A DNA stretch of 62,132 nt, counting the filler, from Choristocarpus tenellus KU-1152 (lineage: Eukaryota; Protista; Phaeophyceae): assembly GCA_964200185.2 (NCBI GenBank). It is 11 parts of 11 records of this genome, joined end to end, with 100 filler letters (N's around TTAATTAATTAA, not from the genome) between each part and the next. Parts side by side here need not be neighbours in the genome. Positions count along the whole stretch, not along the records: positions 6,750 to 21,366 come from CAXNAD020001150.1; positions 21,467 to 27,380 come from CAXNAD020009432.1; 9 more parts are not named here. One strand, given 5' to 3'. A program made the position numbers and the translations under genes. The notes below the pieces were generated by a model that was not told the origin of the DNA, ran no database searches, and saw only the letters and a program-made list of their open reading frames with translations. Positions 13,601 through 25,797 of the stretch are shown here, piece by piece; the first letter of the stretch is position 1, and the number at the start of each line of letters is the position of its first letter.

Positions 13601-16600
13601 TGTAGAATGGTGGCTGTTGTAATAGAGCAATAATGGAACGACAAAATAAGGTTGTATATTTATAGATATTCGCTACCCTTTGTCTGCCCCAATACTGAAC
13701 AAATCCAGCACACACTGTTCCTCTTAATAAAATGTTGAGAGGGCGAGGGAGTGAGAAGGGTTCCGAATTGCAAAATGTGTGGAGGAGTTTGAAACGCACT
13801 GTGATCTCTTTTCGTTTCCTTTTTTTTTTAAGCAGGTAGATCAGTTGCAATTTGGTGAAACTTATGTTCCTCAGCAAAGTCAAATTCTTACTTCTTTTTA
13901 CCCTTTCTCGATCCATTCCACGATAAAGAACATTTCGATGAGCAGGATGCAACAATGGGTTACGTATCCTATCCCACACCCAAGTACAAGTATCCATAAT
14001 GACCTGACCTGCACTCTCTCTTCTTGCTGCCCGTGACTCGAAATTTGGACAGGGCCTTGGCTGCATTCCCTGATTTGACAATCCACAACATATCCACAGT
14101 CAACTACGCAGAACTTTGGGCAGATCAAATGTGCGATAAGACAACAAGTTTCATCTACTATGTTCAGCCTGGAACTATTGTCATGCGCAGCCCTCGCAAA
14201 AAGGATATCTTTTCACCCACGGGGGAACTATTGGTACAATGGCATGGGGTAGAAAAAGCTTCTGTGCAGGACCAAAGGCGTTCATCCCTAACCTCGACCT
14301 TGGTTGGCTTTGAGAGTCGATCATTTTTGTCTGGTGTGGATCTCATCCTTCCAAGAGATGCCAACGCGGAGCTGAGAAAATTCTTAAAAGTTCATCCTCT
14401 TCTACAGGAGGAATTTCCCACCCGTTTTGATGAGGAGGCAGCTATCGCAAACCATCTCAACCAGATTAATAAATATGACAACCTAGTAGAAATCTCGATT
14501 CCTGAGGTGAGTGTGATGTTTTGTCGATTTTTCTTTCGACCACATTTTGAATAAGGTTCAATGCATAATTGACTCCAATACTGAATATAGTAGAGTGCCA
14601 GTTGCAAACCGGTATCAAATGACCACAAATCAAGGGATCTCATTGCTCAGCAATCAGGAGTATGGGTAGTCAACGAAGTGGCCTATTTTTTCTTGGGTTG
14701 GAACTAGACCAAAGTTGAAAGAAATGTGAGCAAAAAGAAAACAAGATTGACACAATCTCACAAGTGGTGTACCTGCAGGCTGAAAGACATTCCAAGCATG
14801 CAATGCACTCCCCTAGGTGAGAACACGCCAGCCTTGCCTGTACCTCGTCATTTGTTTTCATATTTCATATTGTTGTGAAGTATGGCATCACACGATAGAG
14901 CTGTTCTCGAAAAAAGTACCCCACCTTACCATATGTGATAGTAACACTCTCTTTTTTCTTTCCCTTTGTGTGAACCCCGTCCACCAACACACAACAGGCG
15001 TTGGCATCCCTAGCCTTTGCAAGGGGTCATCATGGAATTCAATTCTTCAACCCTATCGATTGGACAAACAAAAATCTTTTCCAAAATATAACAGCGTGGG
15101 ACATTCCTCTTATCAGACCATCCTTCAGCTGCAAGGTGAACATGAGGCTTGCGTATAAGGGGTATGATTTGAGCTTGCACCTCAGAAATCTTCTTCAGTC
15201 TTTCAAATACAATTCACGAAACTGTGAGTTAGGTTATATTTCTCTCCAGAAGGCTGGATTGGGAGCTCGACCTGGCGTGGAGTTTGGCCCAGCTACTGGG
15301 TTGTCCATGCCTCCGGTAGAGGACTTTGATATCAGTGTCATGTATCGGACGTTTTATGGTGACGCCTTCCTCTTTGAGGTCTCTCTATTATCGGTCATTG
15401 ATCGTTTCCCTTCTGCCCGAGAGGTTGTGGTTGTAATTGAGGAGAGGGACGAGGATTTGTTCAAGGGCATCTTGAAGCCACACATCGTGAATGCACCCTT
15501 CCCAATAAGGATAGTTACGGAGGAGACCTTGATGGATGGTCACATACAGCAGCAATATTCGAAGATGCTTGCTGACCTGTACTGTGAAGGAGACTTCATC
15601 CTACACATGGACTCTGATGTAGTCATCATAGAGGATTTGAGCTATGATCACATGTTCAAGTTTGGCAAACCCGTTCTTCCTTTCAGGCGTTACCGTGATG
15701 ATACAGGTGAGATCACGTTTGAGCTCTTGATCATCTTTGAAACAGGACATTTAGCTTGGGAAAATGATGCTATAGAATGGACTGCCTACTACGGGCTATC
15801 CTTGTTTTAATCACCTTCATATACCTGAGCAAAAAGGGGTAGCCAGTAGAGCTCCTTATCTTGTTTGAAGTAGAGCCTTTACACGCTTCAGTTGAGCAGA
15901 TATTGCCAGAAGAATCCTTGTAAGGAATAATAATTTAAATTGTCCCAATATCTCCTTATCCTTGCCTCAGAGATGTAGAATATGTTTGAACATTAGAGTA
16001 AAAGCACAGAGAGGGGATGCCATTGAGGTAAGGACCCCTCTCACTTGCTGGTAGCAAGCGTCTTCGAACAAAAATTCCATCACAGTACAGCAAACATTTG
16101 TGTGTTTTGTGAGTGCATTCAGTTTGCAGATAAAAGTGTTCATCGAAGTCCGTTTTCAAATGCCTTCCTTCCTTTAAATAACGTAGAACCCTTATCGAAA
16201 ATCAAAATGACAAAACCTCTTTGTTGGTGATTCGTTGAAGCAATGATCCCCCAAAGCAAAAAACATGTATCGGCCTTGATCAGCTATACTTGTATGACCG
16301 TGTACTGATGAATGATTAAAATTTTTGGACATCAATGGCAATATGCAGGTGTCACTAAGGAAGACCCAACCAGTCCCACTGGTAATTCTTAGAGATTGAA
16401 GCTTTTGTTTAAAATGGACTCCTTACAAGCAGGAGCTGTGGGGTTGGTCATTTTAGTGTAGTGGTTTTCAAATGTGCGAGACTTACATATTCCTTTCACA
16501 TTAGTGAACGCGTTACAGAAACCAGTGTTGATCAAATCATCTGCACAGTGGTAAGGAAGGCCTTGAGACTGGAACTCTACGTTCAAGTTTCGACATTCAC

Positions 16601-19600
16601 TTATTAAATTTGTCCCACTTAGAATACATTGGTTGAGGATTAACATTTTCACCCTTTTTTTTGTTCCAAGCCATAGCAAATGACCCCTTCCAAAGGTGGA
16701 GGGTATCGCTATTTGCTTTCCAGAAATATTTATTCGAGGGTACATTATGGGCGACTTAGAAATTAAGTTTAAGTGCCATCACCGTAACAAGTAAAAGCTG
16801 CTAAAGACTTACGACCAATAAGCTGACAGATCAATGCCTCACTGCATTCTACTCTAGTCTATAATGGACACCAAGATGCTTCGAAAATGCTCTTTGGTGC
16901 TTGAATTCCGTGTCTTGGCACGATTTTTGTATGGAAGCTCTTAACCCCAAAAATCGCAACCACAACAGTTCTATCATGCTGTAGCGGTTTACTACTTGAT
17001 GGTAGTTCTGGAGATATGCTGTTGGGTTTGTTTGTTGCCTTTCTTGGCAGTACGGTACGAACATATATATGTACCAGGTATATGTGTTTTCGTGAGACAG
17101 ACCCAAAGTATCTGGGGGGGGAGGGTCTACGCCAGGGTGCCCATTTGGACCATGACCAGGAAAAGTTCACCTGCATTATCCGTCGGACGTATGCAACCAA
17201 ATCACACAAAAATCGCGACACGAAAAAATTGACCCCAAATGGACAGCCGCCACCTCCCCCCCCAGATACATTGAGCTACAAGTTTTTGTATTGACGACAT
17301 AAGAAAATATGGGAATGCTATTTGATAGGTTATAATGGACCATTAGCGATAAAGCATTATGTCATAACGGACCCCTGACCCCCTCATTCCTATGACACGA
17401 TAGAGCAACCTAACATCACTATCAGCACTTGTTGTGGAGAGCACAAATTGTAACAGTCACGTATCTTGACCTTGTTGTTCCGTGTTGCAGATTGGATCAA
17501 CAAGGTGTTGACGGTGTGCTGGAAGAATGGTACAGTGCTAGCATTGGGCGAGGATGTGGTGCACGAGTTTTCGATCTTCAATACCCATGTATACCCACGT
17601 GAGGTGTATCCAGCAACACGTTCTTTCATCGAGAAAAAAAAAGGAGTCCCTTTTGTAGACTACATGAGCACTCGAAGGGGCCGGTGCCTAGCCAAGGAGA
17701 TGTTAGAGGACTGGACATTAGAGGAGCGCAATCTCGTCTTTTCAGAGTTCAACGTCCTTGGAGCATATCTGTGGTAAGTGCAAGCAAGAATGGTTACCTC
17801 ATCTATATATTTTTAGACGACCATCTCAATGTTAGTACATCAAGCATGTACAACACTCCAAAGAACTGCATTGTGAAGATAGGTCATACATGTTGCATAG
17901 ATGATTAACCAGAGTAGGTCAGCTCCATAGCAGGTTACAGTGTTGTTGCAATGGTACCTTATCTTCAACGAAGTTCTAGTAAACGAACAAGAGCCGTGTA
18001 ACTGTAAGGTGGGTGTTACTCATTCGATTTGTGCGCGAACCCACCGTAACACGGTCTTTGGTGAGGAGGAGGGTGCCTTTCCTCCTCCTGAATAGTCCAA
18101 CGTAAAAGTTTGGAAGTGACTCAAGAACAATAGCTGTCCCAGCTTAGCATGCCTTCACCTGTACTCCCCCATGTCAGCAATGAGTGAAAGTATCTTAGAG
18201 AGTACGAGTTTTGCTCGATTTTTCCATTTGGGGCTTGACTTCCCATGCTTTTTTTCATGACCTTTCCTACTCCAAAGTGTTTCGAAGTAGGTAAAATGTA
18301 TACATTATAAAAAGGTCTGTCTGCAACAAGGATATTGACACTTCCTAACAAACAAGGTAATCAAAATTACATCAAAGTCGCAACATTGGATTTTGGTCCC
18401 CAGATGGACGTGGCTCTACCCTCTAACATACTTTGACTCAATCTTTGCATTTGTTAACAACATGATAAGGAAGAAGTGGATACTCCATATCCAGGCCTCT
18501 CTCTCACAAACTCTCAGAGAAAGTGCCTAAGAAATTGAGTTTTACAGTGGCTTATAGTATTTGGGGGGGGTGGCGGCTGTTCATTTGAGGCCGTTTTTTT
18601 GTCGCGATTTTTGGGTGATTTGGCTGTGTATGTCAGATGGATAATGTAAGCGCACAATTCCTGCTTATGGCCCAAATGGACCCCCCCCCCCCCTACACAC
18701 ACAGATACTTTGGGTCAATAATATCCATGTTTTGCAGGTTTCTGCTCAAATTCCTTGGTTTGCACACGAGTAGAGTGGTTAAATCAACTTCTACGTATTT
18801 CCTTATTTATTAACCTGTCAACTAAGATGCTAAGCATCATTGCTGCACCCACCACACCTAATCATGACTACACAATAGCACGATCAAGCAAAGCGATGTG
18901 TGCTTTATCATCTATTCCAGCGTAGTATTATAAGGTATATTTGGTTACTGCGTGTGTAAACTTCTATCACGCACAAATATGTGAGGCCTTCCTCTCCGGA
19001 ATTTGAGGCATTCTCATTTATACGATCTTCCACTGTTGTTCCAGCTCAAACTCATGGTCAATCTTTTAGAGGGAAAGTAGGCTTGTATACAGAGTGCACT
19101 GAATTGGGATGAGATCTTCAGTGTTGGGGTTTTAGTGAGGTCGATGATCAGAATTATTAGGCTTCTACATTCAACTCTCAAGGACCAGCGAGTAAATGTT
19201 GAGCTAGTTGTTGTCGCATAGCAATCATATACCTCTGTTTGGCTTCATATCTTGTTGAGTAGACTTACACTATGATAGGTGCTTGCTTATTCACGTCATG
19301 GTCACAATGGTCTTGATCGTTATCTCATTATAGTGCACACATGTGCAGCACCTGGACATGTCAGTGACTCGTCAGTCTGTCCTGCTCTGGGTACAGCTCC
19401 TTCACTCTTGCAGCAGTCATATACCAATATAATATTGGCCCATATTTTATTGGATGATTGTACCATGATGATGATACTTATTAGTCAAGGTTCATCCCAT
19501 TGTCACACCCTACTGACCAAATGCCACGATCAACTTGCCTTCGACATCCCATTTTAGGTATCATATGCCCAGATTGGTGTATTGGATCCCAACAGACCCG

Positions 19601-19792
19601 CTGGATATGATGCCAGATACTCTGCCAATAGACGTGACCAAGTACATGTGGGTATGCCAGGGTAATGGGCGAAATGCACCAAAAGATCTCAAGAAGAGGG
19701 CCCAGTATGCATCAGAGCTTCTAGGTGTCAACAGTACCGAAAATTGCCATAAATTTAGAGAGAAATACCACGGCATAACTATTGGAACCTGA
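7606..19792 (+). CDS. Complete 8-exon gene (~1190 aa): putative type II membrane multi-domain glycosyltransferase-like protein (TM, GT-A-like domain 1, two Cys-rich modules, acidic linker, degenerate GT-A-like domain 2, GT-A-like domain 3)
   Basis: Exons 7606-8076, 8265-8708, 8901-9416, 9741-10201, 14053-14506, 14998-15706, 17491-17773, 19558-19792. All introns are GT..AG with matching phases (0,0,0,2,0,1,2). Total 3573 nt = 1190 codons + TGA. N-terminal hydrophobic SSISLVVVLSALIFCF. Motifs: IEWDV / HLNGNAIY / FDVAI / FVHG (domain 1) and QQQYSKMLADLY..FILHMDSD..FSEFNVLGAYLW (domain 3). The structure is read directly; the function is inferred. Confidence 0.85.
12099..12430. mobile_element. MITE family B composite (forward copy plus inverted 5' half), intron 4
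   Basis: GAGTGAAAGCATTTAAGAGGGTA at 12099; 12301-12430 is the reverse complement of the family B 5' half. Confidence 0.75.
17100..17278 (+). mobile_element. MITE family A (~180 bp), in intron 6 of the GT-like gene
   Basis: GACCCAAAGTATCTGGGG...CCCAGATACATTGAGCT termini; ACA duplicated on both flanks. Confidence 0.85.
18182..18439 (-). mobile_element. MITE family B (~258 bp), intron 7
   Basis: TIRs GAGT(C/G)AAAGTAT(C/G)TTAGAG; AAT duplicated on the flanks. Confidence 0.88.
18549..18716 (-). mobile_element. MITE family A (diverged, reverse orientation), intron 7
   Basis: Reverse-complement match to the family A body and termini. Confidence 0.8.
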
Positions 19793-19934
19793 ATCGAATG
19801 CATCGTATATTAAAGCAAAATGTGTAGACTATGAGCGATGAGGAATCATGGTGTTGCAAAGCACCGATGAGTGATATGCGTAGTCTATGTTATGGGTAGA
19901 TGTGATTGTGCTGCAAAGCACCAATGTATTTTTT

Positions 19935-20525
19935 CTGTTGTAACTTAGGTCTCTCAGTCAAGAATGATGCGATGTGAATTCAGTATTCTTGGTTGCTCAA
20001 TCCAGAATGATGTGATGTGAATTCAGTGTTCTTTCATGATATACTCAACGAAAGAAGTCCATGCTCTGTGGAGAGGCTTGTTACCTTGACTGGAAAGGGT
20101 TTCCACGGATGGTTTTAGCTCTGATTATATTGCATCCATGTGTGTGTTTGATACGCAGTTTGCAGAGTGAGTTTGTGTAATTTGAGGTATCAATGGCAGT
20201 CACAAAATAAATAATAATCAACCATCAACGTACAACTGTCATCTTCTGCTGATAAGAAGAGTGAAAGAAAAACAAACAACAGAACAACCGAACAAAATTG
20301 AATCAATGTGTGATGCAACTCAAGTGACGTATACTATACTATACTATTTGTGTGGAACGCCGAGCGACTGTTCTGTACTAAGGTGTTCTGATTGTAGTTG
20401 ATGTGGTGATGACGAACTATTGAAAGTAACGTCCAGAAATGTAACAGACCGATCAACATTCAGTGTTGACTGGTGGAACTGTATCGTATCAAGGAACAGA
20501 CAGATGAGAAGTCCATGTTTTAACA
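19935..20525. repeat. Interspersed repeat; homologue at 55212-55916 with an internal inversion
   Basis: 19935-20085 matches 55212-55369 directly; 20086-20525 matches 55479-55916 inverted. Confidence 0.85.
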
Positions 20526-21948
20526 AGAACAATTCTGTAACTTAAGGAGGTTAAGAACAATGTAGTTTGAAGTTGACTGGCACTAAACATGTTTCTTGAT
20601 CTGGAGAATGTTGACCAAGAAGGACTTGACAGGATTTGACCCCAGTTAGAAGGCTGCAGGGGAATATTGAAACTCTTAGGTCAGTATGTTATGATTTATT
20701 GGTGGCCTCGTGTTGAATAATACAAGGTATTTATGCCTTGCACCTGAAGGAAAGTCAGGAGTACCTTAGCTGGAATTGTCTTCGGATTTTCCCCCTCTCC
20801 CCCTCACCAGCATGTGCTCTAAGTATATAGGATAGACTCTGGAGTGGGTTCCAATGTGTTTGCGTTGTGGTTTACCTAGTCTTGTCGCGGAATGCACTTC
20901 CATTCTTGCATGTCATGCAGTTCAAGCTGGAGACACTGGGTCGGCGGGCTAAACAGGACTTGACTGACTTGTCGGATTCTCCTCTCTCGCTTCTAGAGAT
21001 CCCCTCTGTAGTGTCAATCTAGGAGCAGTTTCAACTGTAGTCTTTTTAGTACCTTTCATTCTTGTTTTTCTTCTGAGCCAAAGTATTTTTGAGGGTAGGC
21101 CTTTGTCCTTTTGAGGGCCAAATCCCAATCTTAAGATTTTGATATGATTTTGGCAATCGTGTTGGTTAGTAAGTGTCAATTCCCTTGGTCCACGCACATC
21201 TTTTCATAACATACACATTTCACCCACTCCGAAACATTTTGGAGTAAACAGAGGATTTTCAAAATTGAGGAGGGAGCGGGGCTATGAGGATGGTTGTTCT
21301 GCGAAAACGGTCTTGAAAAAGTACCGAAAGATTTTTTTTTGCGACTGTTTTTGCACTTGGAAGGGCNNNNNNNNNNNNNNNNNNNNNNNNNNNNNNNNNN
21401 NNNNNNNNNNTTAATTAATTAANNNNNNNNNNNNNNNNNNNNNNNNNNNNNNNNNNNNNNNNNNNNCAAATGGACAGCTGCCACCCCCTCCCAGATACTT
21501 TGAGCCTATCCTGAATTGCATTCACCTGCCACTCTCTCACAAACACAAACAGTATCCCCATGATTTGAGGGAAGCAATCCCACTCAACATTGGGCAAATC
21601 TTATTCTACTGCTTTCGGGATCATATGTGCAATCATCATCATACACACGACATACCCAGCCCTCTTAAGGGATAAAGCATACGGCAACCTGAACAGAAGC
21701 TAGGAAAAGAGATACATGCCCGACTACCTACTCCTGACCACTTTGCAACCTCACTTTCTTGTACAGGCAAAAGGCTACGCTGACCCAGTCCCAGTCTTTC
21801 GTCCCTTGGGTCAGGCACAACAAGACAGCAAGGGGGCAAGCGCTGAGGTATTGACAAATATCTTCAGACACTGCAACAATGCTATTATTTTCTCTTATTG
21901 CTCCAAACCAAGATGAACTTGTAGCATCTCTATTGTAAATGTGCTTCA

Positions 21949-22123
21949 GACGCGAAGTATCTGGGGGGAAGGGGGGGGTCTACACCAATTCAATTCGGGG
22001 CAAAATCAGGAAAAGTGCATTTACACTATCCATCCGACGTATGCAACCAAATCATCCAAAAATCGCGACATGAAAAAAATGACCCCAAATGGACAGCCGC
22101 CACCCTCCCAGGTACTTTGAGCC
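21949..22123 (+). mobile_element. MITE family A
   Basis: Family A body. Partial copies also abut gaps at 21467-21506, 27307-27380 and 48458-48579. Confidence 0.85.
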
Positions 22124-22280
22124 TTCGGAGTATTCCTGTGAAGCGGACGGGGTGTTGATTTTTACCTGCTGCAAGTGTGCATGGTTTCCGACTTTCTTGA
22201 TAGTTTCAAACTTTCTTGCTGCTATTGCTGAGGTACATCAAACCTGTGACAGCAAACTCTGTTTCTTGTTCTGCCCCTAG

Positions 22281-25200
22281 AGAGTACATACAGAGTGTCA
22301 GATGTCACTCCTTCCAAGAAAGGTAGGAAACTCTGCCCACTTCACATTGGTATTTGCCCTTCCATTGCAATCACTCCTGATCGCTCTTAACCGCTCCTAC
22401 CCACAGAATGGGGATGGGAGTGGGGGAGATATCATTGTTGGGGTTGACAATGAAGTGAGTGTGTTGGTGGCCATGGCTAAGCGACTCGAGGAGGGAGCAA
22501 ACACAAGGCCCATCATGTTGCTAGGACAGGTGCTGTCCCCATTGATGTTCCTCTGTATGTGACAAAAATAGAGATAAAAGAGATGTGTTCACAAGAGCAC
22601 ACACCCCTTGCAGTGAATTAAGCACTTCGTTTGTAAGTGCTATTCAAGCACTCTAGAGCACCTGGTGGAGCCCTGGGGTTTCTGTCACAGAGTATTTCCT
22701 CTGATGTGACTTAAGTATCAGGTATTTTGTAGCAGGAGTGCAAGTTACTCCAGGTTCAATGAACCCATGATATATATACATATATGTCATTTTTTTGTTG
22801 GTGGGACAGGTGTGTTCTCCAGGATCAATGGCCTTGTGCTCATCTGATAAATAAGGACTCCATGGAGTGATACTAGATGCTAAGGAAGACCTTCCCAATA
22901 TCCCGGACTCTCCCCTTATGAGGACTTATGGCCAAGGATCAATTCAAGTGTATGAACAATGGTGTGATGTCCTGGATTTGGTACCTAGTGTATTGCATAG
23001 AAATAGTTTTCACTAGGTATCAAGTTGGTTATTCTATTGAAATTGAAAGAGGTAAGAATTTCTGAGTATTTCAAAAACGGACTTGAAGATAGTCAATCTA
23101 CTCAGTACTAATCAACTTGAACCCACAGTGCACGAGGTAAGGGGTGTAAAGCATCGAATACTGTGAGGAGACGCTGAGCACCAGGCGGAAGACTACAGCG
23201 AATTTCGCAGAAAAACATCAGGGCAAGAATATTTCTTTGGCTACATGGGCAATTTTCGATTTTGACGTTGAATTTTCTTTGATTCAATATATCTACCCAA
23301 CTAAACCACAGCAATTCACAGCACAAAATAACAGTGCTTGCCCCAAGACTATCTTGTCAGCATACAGTACAGAACTCTTCCAAACTTACCATGCAGGCAT
23401 CATGTGACAAATTTAGATTTCTGAAGTGATTACTCTACCCCTGTACCCAAGCAGATTGTTTTCTTCCCTCTCCCCGCATTCCTACACCTCACCAAGTTGA
23501 GAAGGTAACAATACCTTAATCTCCTATTGGAATAAACACAGCCGGATGAGTAGATGCTCATGTGAAAACCACTCCGTGTTTGGCCATGGTATCGAAAAAT
23601 GGACCCATACTTTGTGAAGGGATCATGCAATCTTTATTCATGGCTTTGTAATTGTTCATTTGCACATGGCTGATGTCCATGGCAATAACTCAACTTTGTG
23701 ACTTTGAAGTCGTGGTTTACGAGAACGTGCAAGTCCTCCTTCTTGACATTGTCTAATCAAAGGCCTGTGTGAATTAGAAACTCCATGGCAAAGACCTGAA
23801 GCGCAACATCAATGTCAAAATAATGCTCCACAATAAAGTGCCTCAAATTGATATTGATTTAAGCACCCCCCAGAACCGTTAATACCAACTTACACGGGGT
23901 CAAATACTTCGCTTTCCACGGAAACATATTGACAATTGACTGTCAGCACTGTCTTAGACATACATCAGAGTCAAAGTATCTTAGAGGGTAGAGTCACGCC
24001 CATTTGGGAACCAAATTCCAATGTTGCGTTTTTGACGAAATTTGGTTGTCGTGTTTGTTAGGAAGTTTTAATATCCTTGTTTCGGACACACCTTTCGTAA
24101 TTTAACATTTGACCTGTTCTGAAATGTTTTGGAAAGGGTGAAACGTCATAAAATAACCCGTGGGAAGCCAAGCCCCAAACGGACAAACAGGGCAAAACTC
24201 GTACTCTGTAAGATACGTTCACTCTCTCCTTCAGGGTCTCATTTTGTTCATGGTAAACACACATGGAGACTATATGATTTTCAATTATATTGCATCCTTG
24301 AGGTTTCGATATTTGCACAGTTCTCCTATGTCATAACCATACTCCCTGTCTATCTCACGAAGCCATGCCCTAAATTTGGGTCCAACCTTTTGCCCTGTCT
24401 ACCCACATTGAAAAAGGCTGGCTCAGGAAAATCTCACCTTCTTCACTCATCCCATATCCACCGCCTGTGCGAGCATCACAAAATGGACACCCTTGCCTCA
24501 ATATGCCGAAACGTTCATGTCAATACACCCTACTATGTATGGCGAACAATTCTAACAAAGATACTGGACATCAGTGACGAGGTGGGCCATAGTTGACGTA
24601 GGAAGAGTTCCCTTTGCCAGTTCCAGTGACAGGGCTTTGCATTGTTAGTTACCATGGGCTGAGATATACATACATATATATATACGTATATTTTGGAGGG
24701 AAAGGTATATGTAGGCAGCGTTGGGAGAAGAAGTAAAAAAACGACGAAGTAGAGCGAGGGATGCACAAGGGTATACCTCAGTGAGTCTGGGTACAGGTAT
24801 CTGCAGAGCACTAAATTAAAAGCCCTCGAATAGTGCATGCTTCAATATGTTCCAACCAATATGAGTTCCCTGGTACAGTGTTGTGCAATGTATATTAGCA
24901 CTTATATCACCATTCCTCTTTTCTTGAGAATTACAGGTTCAGATGCAATATATCTGTATTGGTTTCTCCCTCTACAACACCTATTTAAGACACATTCAAG
25001 GATCGATTGGATGATTTGTCGAAAAAAGAACCTATGCAGGCAGTGGCTACTTTTCAAAAAAATCGTGTTTCCTTGCCAATATCGAGTTCTCAGGGTATCT
25101 CCTTCCCATGACCACCTGTAGCACCTTCCAACCCTGCCTCAAAAAGCCTGTACTCATTGGAATGGAGTTCGATTAAAAAGATGTACTATGCCTACTTATT

Positions 25201-25797
25201 TTGCTTTACCATATCCCTCGACCATGCCACCCCATCACACAGCCGGACAAGTGGGAAGTAGCTTCTGGGAGTACTCAAAAAACAACAAGAAAGGCAGCCT
25301 TAGATACAGAGGATATTGTAAGCAACTCCTCCTTTGATGACACTGCTGTCCCTGGCGTGATCTCCACCGAATCCGCTACTCCAGCAGTCATTGATCTGGA
25401 AAAGCCGCTGCCATCAAGCCTGACTGATAATAATCAAAGGCCTGACCAGCCTGTTAGCGATCTGGATGCCAACTACCAGAATCGAGAAAAGTATATCAAG
25501 TCGTCCGCACTTGTGCAACCCAACAAAAATTGGAGCCTCCAAACAAGGTGGAGAATAGTGAGTAGGACATGCCTTCCGTGGAGGAAGGCACGTAAGCCCA
25601 TAGCACGTCGCAATGAGAACACAGTTCGCTCCCGACGGAATTTAAGTGCCAGGGAAAGGTCTCTCGCCAGAGCAGCAGGGGTAGGTTCTGCATCTGTAAG
25701 GAGATCTGTGAGGACCACAGCAATAGGGACGACCGATGAGGAACATCCAATGATTCAAGGGGAGAGCTACAAACTCCCTATCTCAGATGTTTTGAAG
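22281..25797 (+). CDS. Partial spliced gene: STAND-class P-loop ATPase (AAA_16) region resembling soluble adenylate cyclase (ADCY10-like) proteins
   Basis: Phase-0 exons 22407-22529, 24417-24581 and 25243-25797 (a small 22281-22322 exon is possible). Splicing reconstitutes IIVGVDNEVSVL...IMLLGQ|AGSGKSHLL (Walker A split by an intron) followed by TPYYVWRTILTKILDI. No cyclase domain lies within this contig. Confidence 0.7.
23968..24224 (+). mobile_element. MITE family B, in the ATPase intron
   Basis: GAGTCAAAGTATCTTAGAGGGTA...TACTCTGTAAGATACGTTCACTC. Confidence 0.88.
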
